64,000 nt of DNA from an uncultured Verrucomicrobiae bacterium (GTDB lineage: Bacteria; Verrucomicrobiota; Verrucomicrobiia; Limisphaerales; Palsa-1400), in contig CAVXRD010000003.1 in the NCBI GenBank assembly GCA_963764165.1, positions 725,858 through 789,857 of the forward strand. Reading direction: 5' to 3'. This document shows positions 17,110 to 27,204 of the stretch, piece by piece (the first letter of the stretch is position 1; the number at the start of each line of letters is the position of its first letter). The notes under the pieces are model-generated. The model was not told where the DNA came from. It made no database searches and was given only the letters and a program-made list of their open reading frames with translations. Position numbers and translations under genes: made by a program.

Positions 17110-19230
17110 ATGAATAAAAAAATCGCAACTCTTGCCATGCTCTGCGCCTCAGCAGGGCTCGCTCACGCGGACTTGAATGCCTTTCAATCGGCCCTCCTTT
17201 CCTATCATCCTGTGTCGTACTGGCCGCTCAACGAAACCAGCGGCACGGTCGCGCATGACCTGATGGGGCAGAACAACGGCACCTATACTGGCGGGTACAC
17301 ACTCGGGCAGGCAGGGGTGGCTATCGATGGTGGAAGCGCCGGGACGAATCTCTCGGCGGCCTTCGACGGATCTTCGGGTTATGTCAATATTCCGTATAAA
17401 GCCAACCTCAATATCACCAGCAAACTGTCCGTGGTGGCTTGGGTGAAGGTTCCTTCCACTGGCGAGTTTGGCTTCGGCACGGTGATTGGCCACTCTGACG
17501 CCAGCTACCGAATGACGGTTGATGTCGACTACCCGCGTTTTGTTGATTCGAGCCCGGACGTCATCGGCACGGTCAATATTGCGGACGGAAACTGGCACCT
17601 GTTGGTCGGTGTTTATGACGGCAGCGAGCATCTCTACGTGGACGGACAGCAGACGGGCCCCAGCTCGCAGAGCGTTACATCGTCGAGCACCTACCCCGTC
17701 ATGATTGCTGCTTCACCCGATTACGTGGACCAGCGCAATTTCGTGGGCAACATCGCGCATGTGGCGGTCCTGACCAATGCGTTGACAGCAGCCCAGATCG
17801 GCGCGCTGTATTACACCCTGGGCGTCCCGGCCACGGTGACCGTCACGCCGGTGGATCCAACCATCTACACCTCGGCCAGCATTAAGTTCACTGCGCTGAC
17901 CAACGGAACTCCTCCGCTGTCGGTGCAATGGTATTATATCGATTCGAACAATACCTCGAATGCCATCGCCGGGGCCACGAACAACACCTACACCATTGCC
18001 AGCGCCACTTTGGCGGAGAATGGCTATCAATATGGGGCGCTGGTGAAAAATCCCTTTGGCACGAACACCGCCGAAACGACCTTGACCGTCGAGAACGGGC
18101 CTCCCTACATCGTTCCCGGCGGCGATCTTCCCATTTTGAACGCGGAAGCCTACGCGGGCGCTCCTGTCACATATTCGATCGGCGTGGCTGGCTCCGAGCC
18201 GATCTACTTTCAATGGCTGGTGGACGGCGTCTCAGTGGCAGGCGCAACGAACAGCAGTTTTACATACGGCGCGGGCTGCGGCAGCCATACAATCCAGGTT
18301 GCTGTGACGAATGCGGAGAACGTCGGCAGCCCCGTCCTGAGTTCGGTCGCCACCATTTTAGGGGATCCATATCCGGAATCGGTCACGTTCACCAATGGAG
18401 CGGGCTGGCAATTGAACGGCTCCGTCCAGAACCTCAGCGGCACTGTGCTGGAATTGACCGACGACGGCGGCGGCGAGGCTTCGAGCGCGTTCTATAATAC
18501 GCCGCAATTCGTCGGGGCCTTCACGGCGTCTTACGTCTATCAGGGAATCGGCGGGGCGGACGGCGTCACGTTCTGCCTGCAGGCAGACCCATCCGGCGCG
18601 GATGCGTTGGGCGGCACAGGCGGTGACCTCGGTTTCTACGGCATCACCAACAGCTATGGGCTGGAATTGAATATCTACATTGGCTCTCCGATTGGCATCG
18701 CGACGGGCACCAACGGCGCCACATTGAGCGGCGGCGGCGGCGCGGGTTATGCGCCCACCGGCAGCGTCTCGGTGGCCAGTGAAGATCCGATTCTGTTCCA
18801 ACTCACCTGCGCCAACGGAAATCTCCTGGTCGTCATGACCGACCAGGACAGCGGCGACACCTACACAACCAATTATCCCATTGGTTCGATTACAAATGTG
18901 CTGGGCGGGAGCGATCTCGCCTATGTCGGCTTCACTGGGGCGGACGGCGGCGTTTCATCGCAGCAAACGATCAGCGACTTCGTTTTTACGCCGACACTCT
19001 CCGGCAGCGAGTCCCTTGCGGTGACTCACACGCCTGGCTTCGTGAAGTTGATCTGGTCGAGCATGGATTCAACTTATTCGCTTCAGCAGAGCGCTGACCT
19101 CCTGAACTGGATCGCCGGACCGGCGCCGACTTCGGCCAATGGCACCAACACGGTGACGGTGGCTACCAGCGGCATGGCGGATCAGGTACTATCGCCTGGT
19201 GCGTCTACCCTGTCCGACGGATTAAGCTGA
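17110..19230 (+). CDS. Secreted LamG + Ig-like + legume-lectin-like protein (C-terminal frameshift)
   Basis: Signal peptide MNKKIATLAMLCASAGLAHA, PVSYWPLNE, DGNWHLLVGVYDG, GADG..AYVGFTGADGG; extra G at 19185-19186 relative to the paralog. Confidence 0.88.
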   Translation: MNKKIATLAMLCASAGLAHADLNAFQSALLSYHPVSYWPLNETSGTVAHDLMGQNNGTYTGGYTLGQAGVAIDGGSAGTNLSAAFDGSSGYVNIPYKANLNITSKLSVVAWVKVPSTGEFGFGTVIGHSDASYRMTVDVDYPRFVDSSPDVIGTVNIADGNWHLLVGVYDGSEHLYVDGQQTGPSSQSVTSSSTYPVMIAASPDYVDQRNFVGNIAHVAVLTNALTAAQIGALYYTLGVPATVTVTPVDPTIYTSASIKFTALTNGTPPLSVQWYYIDSNNTSNAIAGATNNTYTIASATLAENGYQYGALVKNPFGTNTAETTLTVENGPPYIVPGGDLPILNAEAYAGAPVTYSIGVAGSEPIYFQWLVDGVSVAGATNSSFTYGAGCGSHTIQVAVTNAENVGSPVLSSVATILGDPYPESVTFTNGAGWQLNGSVQNLSGTVLELTDDGGGEASSAFYNTPQFVGAFTASYVYQGIGGADGVTFCLQADPSGADALGGTGGDLGFYGITNSYGLELNIYIGSPIGIATGTNGATLSGGGGAGYAPTGSVSVASEDPILFQLTCANGNLLVVMTDQDSGDTYTTNYPIGSITNVLGGSDLAYVGFTGADGGVSSQQTISDFVFTPTLSGSESLAVTHTPGFVKLIWSSMDSTYSLQQSADLLNWIAGPAPTSANGTNTVTVATSGMADQVLSPGASTLSDGLS

Positions 19231-19265
19231 GATGAAAGATTTCGGCTCGATCGGAACAAGCTCGC

Positions 19266-19305
19266 AAAAGGGGCCGGAGAACGGAAACGGTCGCGGCCCC
19301 TTTTT
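19266..19305. terminator. Intrinsic terminator
   Basis: AAAAGGGGCC..GAAA..GGCCCCTTTTT hairpin, homologous to 23718-23755. Confidence 0.75.
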
Positions 19306-19420
19306 GTTTGACGATCCCGCCGGCGCAGGGTGGAGCATCGCACCCAGGAGGGTTGAGCCTCCCAAGGGCGGGTCAAGGTGGGACAAAGATGATTATGATG
19401 GCGGGACAGGGCGCATCCGA

Positions 19421-19487
19421 GAGGAAGCCTGTCTTATTGCCAGACAACTTGAAAAGTCTTTCCACTTTACAGCGGCTTCGCTACAGT
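19421..19487 (+). promoter_or_regulatory. TGTCT-N7-AGACA operator plus promoter (TTCCAC-16-TACAGT)
   Basis: Homolog of 16886-16951. Confidence 0.55.
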
Positions 19488-19638
19488 GGGAGGCAATCAA
19501 CACAAATGTCGCTTGGCAAAAACCCTACGGGTGCCGACCCGTCTCGTTGTGCATCTGCGTGCTCCGCGCGTGTGTGTTGCAAGAACTCAACAATAGAAAC
19601 TTGATCGACTCAGTATTGGACCCTCACTAAACACCTCT

Positions 19639-22600
19639 ATGAACAGAAAAATAGCAACACTTGCAATGCTCTGCGCCTCAGCAGGGCTGGCTCGTGCGGA
19701 CTTCAACCCCGTCGCCCTCACGAGCAACAGCTACACCTTCGACATTGTGGTCGAAGCCAGTTATGCCCCACCCTTGCCGAATTGCATCACGGTCACCACT
19801 GGATCGGGATTGAGCGAGGGTGACAACACGTTTTTCGAACAGACTTATTACAGGCCCGCCGGCTTGAATGGCTCTTATTGCGGCGTTCCGCATGCGGGGA
19901 CGGTGTTCACCAATATGAACAACACCAACATGACGTTCCTGATGCCGCCCACGTATTTGACCAACAATGATGTCATGGTCTATTCGGCTATAACAACAGG
20001 CACGCTGTTGTTTGCCACTCCGACGATCGCGACCAACTTGGCAATTCTGGGTGTGGACGGAAACGGCAGCATGGTTTTCCAATATGTTGTAAATCATACG
20101 GATGGGTCGACGGAAACCGGCACCTTCTCGGGACTGGACTGGTTCACGACATCATCCGCCAATTGCTGGGGCGCGAACGGCCGCGTCACATCGGGCGGCA
20201 CGTATAATAATATTAATACAAACGCCGGCACCTCGTTGAACACGCAAGTGCCATACCTCGATGCCTACAAAATCACGGTGACAAATGGCGCCGTGCCCGT
20301 TGCAAGCGTCACAATCAATTACACGACAGGCACTTCCGTCGGCAACTTCTTCGGCGTGAGCGGTAACGCTTCCGGAAATACCTGGACGCCAATCCCGGTG
20401 ACAGGTTTTAACGAGATGGCCATTGTTCCGTCGCCGCTGCCCTACCCGGTGAACGCGACCATGGACAACGGAACAAATCTGTATTCGCTTGGCAACACAT
20501 GGTTCGAGCAAGGCTGGGACGCTAACGCGCCCGCTTCTGGACTGCCTCCTTCCGGTTCCATCTTCAGCAGTTCGAGCCAGCCGACGCATCATTATCAAAT
20601 GGGAAACTATAAGGCGAATAATGCCATCCTGTTGGACACGAATCACCTGACCGCCACGATTGTCCCAGCCACGCCAGCGGCTTACACATCTTTCGCGTTC
20701 CTCACCGCTGGCGGCAACATTGGCAGCGGAAACAAGATGACGAACTTGTGCATCATGATGCACGCAGACGGTGTCAACGAAACCAATATTTTCATTGGTT
20801 ACGACTGGTTCGAAGGTTCCGTTCCGAACGCTGTCGCGTATAACTCTCAGGGCCGCACAAGCTTGCCATCCCGCACGTTGAACAACATCAACAACGGGAA
20901 TCCGAAGATGTTCGAAACATACTTCACCTTGGTCGATCCCGTCAGCCCGGTGACGAATATTGTGTTGAAGAATCTCTCCGTGCCGAGCACGGCTTCAACC
21001 ACCTTCATCATGGCTGTCAGCGCAACAGCCGGGGCGCTGCCTCCCGTTATCACCTCAGGGCCGAATCCCGCAACCCAAGCCTGGTTTCCGGGCCAAACGG
21101 CGACGTTCCAAGTCAGCGTGAGCGGCACGGCGCCGATCACCAATATCTGGTATGCTGATTACGGCACCGGCAACTTCACGCCGCTGTCTGACGGTTTGGA
21201 CGCAAACGGCTCTTACATATCTGGATCCAGCACAACGACGCTGACCATCAGCAACTTGACCGCCGCTGATGCCGGGAACTACGAATACCTCGCGACCAAC
21301 GTCGCTGGCGGTGCTTTGAGCGGCGAAGCGGCTCTCACCGTCAATTCAGGATCGCCAGTCGGGCCAATTATCGATTCACAGGTTCCAGCCAACTCGCCGC
21401 TGACGGTTCTATCCAATCACAGCACAACTCTGTCGGTCACGGTTGATGGATCCTCCTCCCCGCCGATCTACTACCAATGGTACGAGGGATCGACCGCCAT
21501 TTCCAACGCGACTGGCTCAACTTACGTAAACTTGGACACCACCAACGCAACCTTCTATTGCATCGTATCCAACTTCGTTGGAACCGCCACCAGTGCTCCC
21601 GTGGTATTGGATGTGGAAGTCCCGACGCTTAGCGCATATCAATCCGCGGTGTTTGCGTACCACCCAGTCTCTTACTGGCCACTCAATGAAACCAACGGCA
21701 CCACCGCCCTGGATTGGGCTGGCGTCAACGACGGCACCTACCTCGGCGGTTACACGCTTGGGCAGCCCGGCGTGAATTCCGGCATTGGCATTGGCACAAA
21801 TGCCACTTCTGTGGCGTTCGACGGCTCCTCGGGCTATGTCGACATTCCTTACGACGCCAACTTGGATATTGCCGGCCACATTACAGTGATCGCATGGATT
21901 CAAACTCCGGTCGGCGGCGAGGCCGCAGGCCACTTCGGCACTGTCCTCGGACATTCGGACTCCAGCTATCGGTTGACGGTCGTCGGCTCAACGCCCCGCT
22001 GGGTGGATTCGAGCCCGGACGATGTCGGCACCGCGAATGTCGGGGACGGCAACTGGCACCAAATCGTCGGCGTATGGGATGGCAATGAACACCTCTATAT
22101 CGACGGGCAGCCAACCGGCCCCGCTCCCGTGAGCACGACGACGACGCGGCAGATTGACGTCACCATCGCCGCATCGCCGGATTACCTGGGCTCTCGCAAT
22201 TTCGAGGGCAATATCGCTCAGGTGGCGATCATCACCAACGCGTTGACGGCGGCTCAGGTGGGCGCTCTCTACTACAGCGCTGAGATTCCGGCCACTGTCT
22301 CCATTACGCCAGTCGATCCAAGCATCTACACCTCGGCGAGCGTTACGTTTACGGCCGTCACAAATGGAAGCCCGACGATCTCCGTGCAGTGGTATTATAT
22401 TGACTCGAACAACACCTCAAATGCGATCCCGGGTGCCACAAACGACACATACACCATTGCAAGCGCCACCTTGGCCGAGAATGGTTATCAATATGGCGCC
22501 GTCGTCGCAAATGCCTACGGCACAAATAGCGCCTCAACAACATTGAGCGTGCAGAACGGCCCCCCATACATCCTCCCTGGTGGCGACCTCACGGTGCTGA

Positions 22601-23679
22601 ATTCGGAAGCCTACGCGGGCGCGCCAGTCACATTCACCATCGGCGCCGCCGGTTCGGAACCGATCTTTTATCAATGGTTGGTCGATGGCATCGCAGTTTC
22701 AGGCGCGACGAACGCGACCTTCACTTATGCCGCGGGTTGCGGCAGTCACACCGTTCAAGTTTCGATGACGAACGCTTTCGACGTCGGCAGCCCGGTGCTC
22801 AGCCAGACCGCCACCGTGGTTGGCGACCAATATCCGGAAAGCGTCACCTTCACCAACGCCGCAGCCTGGCAGTTGAACGGCACCGACCAGAGTCTGACCA
22901 ATGATGTTCTGACCCTGACAGAGGATCTCGGCAGCGAGGCTTCCAGCGCCTTCTACAATACGCCTCAATACGTGGGCGCCTTTACGGCTTCCTACACCTA
23001 TTGGGGCCAGGGCGGCGCGGACGGCACCGTGTTCGTCTTGCAGACCGAAGGCCCCACTGCGCTGGGCGGCGGCGGTGGTGAACTCGGTTTCTACGGAATC
23101 GAGCCCAGCTTCGGCTTCGAACTGAATATCTACAGTGGTTCTCCAATCGGAATCGCAATCGGCACCAACGGTGAAACGCTGGGATCTGGCGGTGGCGGCG
23201 CGGGTTACGGCCCCACTGGCAACGTTTACGTCAATGGCCAGGATCCAATCCTGTTCCAGCTGACCTTCGCGAATGGCAACCTTGGAGTTGTCATGACTGA
23301 CCAGTTCTCCACTGCCACCTACACGACCAACTATGAAATTGGCTCGATTACAAACGTCCTCGGAGGCACCGACCTCGCCTACATCGGCTTCACCGGTGCC
23401 GACGGCGGCGTCGCCTCCTACCAGACTGTGAGCAACTTCGTCTTCACCCCGACCATTGCGAGCGCGACGTTGTCAGTGACTCATACGCCGGGCTTCGTGA
23501 CGTTAAGCTGGCCGAGCCTGGATCCAACGTGGCAGTTGGAGCAGAGCGCCAACTTGCTTAGCTGGATCGCCGGACCCACGCCGACTGCGGCGAATGGCAC
23601 CAACTCGGTGAAGGTGGCAACCAGCAGCGCGACCGACCAGTACTATCGCCTGGTGCGCCTGCCCTGCCCAAGCAACTAG
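19639..23679 (+). CDS. Large secreted protein: duplicated N-terminal beta domain, Ig domains, LamG, lectin-like domain, YYRL tail
   Basis: Signal peptide; C-terminal half paralogous to 17110-19230; ends DQYYRLVRLPCPSN. Confidence 0.92.
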   Translation: MNRKIATLAMLCASAGLARADFNPVALTSNSYTFDIVVEASYAPPLPNCITVTTGSGLSEGDNTFFEQTYYRPAGLNGSYCGVPHAGTVFTNMNNTNMTFLMPPTYLTNNDVMVYSAITTGTLLFATPTIATNLAILGVDGNGSMVFQYVVNHTDGSTETGTFSGLDWFTTSSANCWGANGRVTSGGTYNNINTNAGTSLNTQVPYLDAYKITVTNGAVPVASVTINYTTGTSVGNFFGVSGNASGNTWTPIPVTGFNEMAIVPSPLPYPVNATMDNGTNLYSLGNTWFEQGWDANAPASGLPPSGSIFSSSSQPTHHYQMGNYKANNAILLDTNHLTATIVPATPAAYTSFAFLTAGGNIGSGNKMTNLCIMMHADGVNETNIFIGYDWFEGSVPNAVAYNSQGRTSLPSRTLNNINNGNPKMFETYFTLVDPVSPVTNIVLKNLSVPSTASTTFIMAVSATAGALPPVITSGPNPATQAWFPGQTATFQVSVSGTAPITNIWYADYGTGNFTPLSDGLDANGSYISGSSTTTLTISNLTAADAGNYEYLATNVAGGALSGEAALTVNSGSPVGPIIDSQVPANSPLTVLSNHSTTLSVTVDGSSSPPIYYQWYEGSTAISNATGSTYVNLDTTNATFYCIVSNFVGTATSAPVVLDVEVPTLSAYQSAVFAYHPVSYWPLNETNGTTALDWAGVNDGTYLGGYTLGQPGVNSGIGIGTNATSVAFDGSSGYVDIPYDANLDIAGHITVIAWIQTPVGGEAAGHFGTVLGHSDSSYRLTVVGSTPRWVDSSPDDVGTANVGDGNWHQIVGVWDGNEHLYIDGQPTGPAPVSTTTTRQIDVTIAASPDYLGSRNFEGNIAQVAIITNALTAAQVGALYYSAEIPATVSITPVDPSIYTSASVTFTAVTNGSPTISVQWYYIDSNNTSNAIPGATNDTYTIASATLAENGYQYGAVVANAYGTNSASTTLSVQNGPPYILPGGDLTVLNSEAYAGAPVTFTIGAAGSEPIFYQWLVDGIAVSGATNATFTYAAGCGSHTVQVSMTNAFDVGSPVLSQTATVVGDQYPESVTFTNAAAWQLNGTDQSLTNDVLTLTEDLGSEASSAFYNTPQYVGAFTASYTYWGQGGADGTVFVLQTEGPTALGGGGGELGFYGIEPSFGFELNIYSGSPIGIAIGTNGETLGSGGGGAGYGPTGNVYVNGQDPILFQLTFANGNLGVVMTDQFSTATYTTNYEIGSITNVLGGTDLAYIGFTGADGGVASYQTVSNFVFTPTIASATLSVTHTPGFVTLSWPSLDPTWQLEQSANLLSWIAGPTPTAANGTNSVKVATSSATDQYYRLVRLPCPSN

Positions 23680-23717
23680 GCTGACCTGAAAACTCAGCTC
23701 GAATAGCCATAATTCAC

Positions 23718-23755
23718 AAAGGGGCCGCGCAACGGAAACGTTCGCGGCCCCTTTC
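23718..23755. terminator. Bidirectional terminator between convergent genes
   Basis: AAAGGGGCCGCG..GAAA..CGCGGCCCCTTT. Confidence 0.75.
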
Positions 23756-23827
23756 GTTCTCTGGGTGGCGCGACGGAATCGCTGCAATGAGCTACCACGA
23801 AACTTTTAAACACTCGCGGCTTGAGAA

Positions 23828-24973
23828 TTAATCTCCCTTGTCAACCGCGGCGCGTGTATAAACTTTAGCCATTGCCCGTGCCGTGCCGCTCCAATCAAAG
23901 CGCCGCGCTTGTTCCAAACCTGCGGCGCTCATTTTTTTGCGCAGAACACAGTCGGAGGCCACAAGCTCAAGCTGCCTGGCCAAGGCATCGACGTCCTCCG
24001 GGTCAACGACCGCCGCCGCATTCCCCACCACTTCCCCGAGCGATCCGCGCGACGAGCAAATGACAGGGCAGCCGCACGCCATCGCTTCAGTCGGCGGCAT
24101 CCCGAATCCCTCGAAGAGCGACGGGTAAACGAACGCCCCCGCCGCGCGATAAAGATCAGGCACGAAATCGTCCATGACAAATCCGAGATGCCGGATATCC
24201 GAGGAAAACGGAGATTCCTTCGCTGCCTGGTGAATATGCTCCGCCCCATGCCAATCACCTCCCGCAAGGGCCAATTGCCAATTCGAGCCAGTCGCCTTCT
24301 TGAATTTATTGAAGGCGGAAATCAGCCGGACGTGATTTTTCCCAGGATGCTCCAGGCGGGCGATATAGAGGAAATACGGGTTTTCCAGTCCGAACCGGCG
24401 AGCGGCGACGTCCTTGGCGTGCTGAACTTCGCCCGGGAAAAATCGCGAGTGCTCAACGCCATTGTAGACAACCGTCAAGCGATTCTCCGGCACGCCGAAA
24501 AAACGCGCAATATCCCGGGCCGTGTTTTCGCTGATCGCCACGATCTGGTCCTGCCGCCGGGCCAGGCGGGGCACAACCATGCGCCCATAAACCATCCTGG
24601 CCCAACTGTATTTTTTCTTCACATGAAATTGGGCCAGGTCATGGATGGTCGCGACGAGCGGACATGGCCGCCGCCAGATCATCCGCCGGTAGCTCGGCAC
24701 ATGCAGGACGTCAAGACGAAGTTTCCGCGCCAATCCCGGAAGCACGGTTTGATGCCACGCGATGTCTTTGAGCGCGGGGCGGAACTCCTCGCTGACGGAA
24801 ACAATCCGCGCCCTGCCGGCGGCAAATTTGAATAACTCAGCGTCATTTTCAAGAACGAAGAGAGTGTATTGATGCGTGTTCTGCTCAAGCAGCGCCCGGA
24901 CGAGGGCAAAGAGATACTGCGCGATGCCTGTTTTGCCGCGCTGGCCGACTGAGGTGGTGATTCCAATTTGCAC
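23828..24973 (-). CDS. Glycosyltransferase family 4 (GT-B)
   Basis: ATIHDL, PSLFEGFGMPPTEAMACG. Confidence 0.95.
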   Translation of the reverse strand: MQIGITTSVGQRGKTGIAQYLFALVRALLEQNTHQYTLFVLENDAELFKFAAGRARIVSVSEEFRPALKDIAWHQTVLPGLARKLRLDVLHVPSYRRMIWRRPCPLVATIHDLAQFHVKKKYSWARMVYGRMVVPRLARRQDQIVAISENTARDIARFFGVPENRLTVVYNGVEHSRFFPGEVQHAKDVAARRFGLENPYFLYIARLEHPGKNHVRLISAFNKFKKATGSNWQLALAGGDWHGAEHIHQAAKESPFSSDIRHLGFVMDDFVPDLYRAAGAFVYPSLFEGFGMPPTEAMACGCPVICSSRGSLGEVVGNAAAVVDPEDVDALARQLELVASDCVLRKKMSAAGLEQARRFDWSGTARAMAKVYTRAAVDKGD

Positions 24974-24989
24974 AAGGCCAAGGGCGCCA

Positions 24990-26438
24990 TTATGAGGTCG
25001 ACACGAAGGATTCCGCGATCAGCCCGCTCAGTTCCGGCTTCTCGGTCAGAAGCTGGTCGAACTGCGACATTTTCAATACCTCCAGCACTTCAGGCTGAGC
25101 GCCGGTGAAAACCAGCGTGATGCCGTGCTGCCAGGCCCACTGCTGAATTTTGAGCATCGTCGTCAGCCCCGTGCTGTCAACAAATCGGGCCAGCGACAAA
25201 TCAATGGAAACCGGGGCCGCCCGCCCCGCGCCGGTGATCATCTCGCGGGTGTGGTTCCAGTAATCGATGGCGTTGACGGCGGTGATTTCGCCGTGCCACT
25301 GCAAGCCGCGCCCGCCTTCCGTCGCCAGGCGTGTGACGATGGCGGATTGCTCCAGAGTCCGCTCTTCGATGAGCCGGATAGCGTCGGGGATGCTCGGGGC
25401 GATGGCAAAATGATCTTTCAACCGCATCAAGCGCAGCGCCTGCCGGACGGCCGGCGTGACCGAGGCGAGCACAAAATGGCGCCCGTCGGCGCGCAATTTT
25501 TTATGCATGACAAGCAGCAGGCCGAGATCGGTGCTGTCGACGTATTGAATGCCGGACATGTCAAGCACGTAGTGGCGGCCAACGTTTCGCGCCGAATCCC
25601 ACCAGCGGCCCGCCAGCATTCGAGTTTTGCGCAGTGTCATTTTTGGGTACCACTGCAAAAACACCCATTGCGCGACGATGCGCCAGCCGAATCCCCATAG
25701 GTCATGCATGTAGCGCTTGAATAACCTGCGCGGCTCGCATCCCAGCCGGAATATCCATTCCATCCCCGCCTTGCGCATCCAAATCGGCGCGCGCTTGACG
25801 CGTCCGGCAAGAAAATCAATCGTCGCGCCGACGCCTGCGACAACGGGGACGCCCATGGCGCGATAGTGCATCGCAATCCACTTTTCCGCCTTGGGGCATC
25901 CGAAGGCCACGAACAAAATATCCGGATTGGCTTCGCGCACGCGCTTCTTAATCTCTTCGTGATCCATCTCGAGCAAACGGGCGAACGGCGGCGAATAATA
26001 ACCTGCCAGCAGCAGCGAGGGATGCTCTTTCTTCAAACGGACGGCTGCCGCCTCCACCGAATCCGGCGTGGCTCCGAGCAAGAAAACGCGATATTGCTTT
26101 TCCGCCGCCACTTTCAGGAGCACAGGCACAAGATCGGCTCCGGCTACGCGCTCAGGCAGCCGGTTTCCCAGCAGCCTTGAGGCCCACATGACCGGCGTGC
26201 CATCGCACAGAACGAGATGGGCATCGTTCAAAATATGGCGCAATTCAACATCGTTTTGCGCCTGCACCAGAAAATCAACGTTCGCGGTGACTAGATAATG
26301 CGGACGGCGGGCCGCGATCATTTGCTCAATGATGGCCACCGTTTCGGTCGTCGTCACGTTATCGAAAGGCACGCCCAAAATGGCGATCGGCGGCTGCACC
26401 GGGATCAGCCGCTGAATTTTTGTGTCAAGAGTATTCAT
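24990..26438 (-). CDS. WecB/TagA/CpsF glycosyltransferase fused to two STAS domains
   Basis: VTANVD, ERVAGADL, AFGCPKAEKWI, KRAP.W..GMEW.FRL..EP.RL.KRY, then LDMSGIQYVDSTDLG and IDLSLARFVDSTGL. Confidence 0.92.
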   Translation of the reverse strand: MNTLDTKIQRLIPVQPPIAILGVPFDNVTTTETVAIIEQMIAARRPHYLVTANVDFLVQAQNDVELRHILNDAHLVLCDGTPVMWASRLLGNRLPERVAGADLVPVLLKVAAEKQYRVFLLGATPDSVEAAAVRLKKEHPSLLLAGYYSPPFARLLEMDHEEIKKRVREANPDILFVAFGCPKAEKWIAMHYRAMGVPVVAGVGATIDFLAGRVKRAPIWMRKAGMEWIFRLGCEPRRLFKRYMHDLWGFGWRIVAQWVFLQWYPKMTLRKTRMLAGRWWDSARNVGRHYVLDMSGIQYVDSTDLGLLLVMHKKLRADGRHFVLASVTPAVRQALRLMRLKDHFAIAPSIPDAIRLIEERTLEQSAIVTRLATEGGRGLQWHGEITAVNAIDYWNHTREMITGAGRAAPVSIDLSLARFVDSTGLTTMLKIQQWAWQHGITLVFTGAQPEVLEVLKMSQFDQLLTEKPELSGLIAESFVSTS

Positions 26439-27204
26439 ATTCTGTCGCCTCGACCTTTTTCCATTGCCAGCAGGAGAGCGCGCCGGCTTTTCCTGGAAAA
26501 GCCAGTGCGGCGAGATAACCCCGAGCGGGCTGCAAGACCCGCAAGTTCCATTGGCCGGCGGAAAATCCGGCCTCTTTCGGCAATTTTAGAAAACGCGCCT
26601 CGGCGTCTGTGTCGAAGGAAACTTCGACCTCGCGCAGCAAGTGTCCAATCCCCGCGCCGGTGGCCTTTAAGAGCGCCTCCTTGCGCGTCCAAATTCGGAA
26701 AAAGGCTGCGTCCTTTTCCGATTTTGGAACCGCTTTGAACTCCGCAAATTCACGAGGCGCGCAAAAGACCGCCGCCATTTCCTCCGCATCCTCGACGGGG
26801 CGCAGCCTCTCGATGTCAACGCCGAGAGGCCGATCGAATGTCAGCGCCAGCACAGCGGCGTCCTCGCAATGGGCCAAATTAAACTGCAATCCAGACGCGG
26901 CCAGCGTCGCATTTAACAAGGGCTTCCCGTTGGGACCTGTTGTCAACTGTATGGATTCGGGACCGGCCCCAAGGTAGCGCCCAAGAATGGTGCGCAAGGT
27001 CGCGCGCCCCGTGACGTAACGGCTGCGATCCCGGTCAAAACGAAATGCCGCGGCCCGCTTTTGCTCCTCCGGCGCCAGGACATCCCTTAAATGCGCCAGG
27101 GTGTCCTCCGTTTCGGTCAAGCAAAACGACCAAACATGCACGTCCTCCTGCCCGAGGAGAAAATCATGGGGCGGCGCTGGCCAGGAAAATTCCAAATCAT
27201 CCAT
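26425..27204 (-). CDS. Sfp-type 4'-phosphopantetheinyl transferase
   Basis: GKP, FNLAH, LGVDIE, FFRIWTRKEALLKATG. Confidence 0.95.
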   Translation of the reverse strand: MDDLEFSWPAPPHDFLLGQEDVHVWSFCLTETEDTLAHLRDVLAPEEQKRAAAFRFDRDRSRYVTGRATLRTILGRYLGAGPESIQLTTGPNGKPLLNATLAASGLQFNLAHCEDAAVLALTFDRPLGVDIERLRPVEDAEEMAAVFCAPREFAEFKAVPKSEKDAAFFRIWTRKEALLKATGAGIGHLLREVEVSFDTDAEARFLKLPKEAGFSAGQWNLRVLQPARGYLAALAFPGKAGALSCWQWKKVEATEYEYS

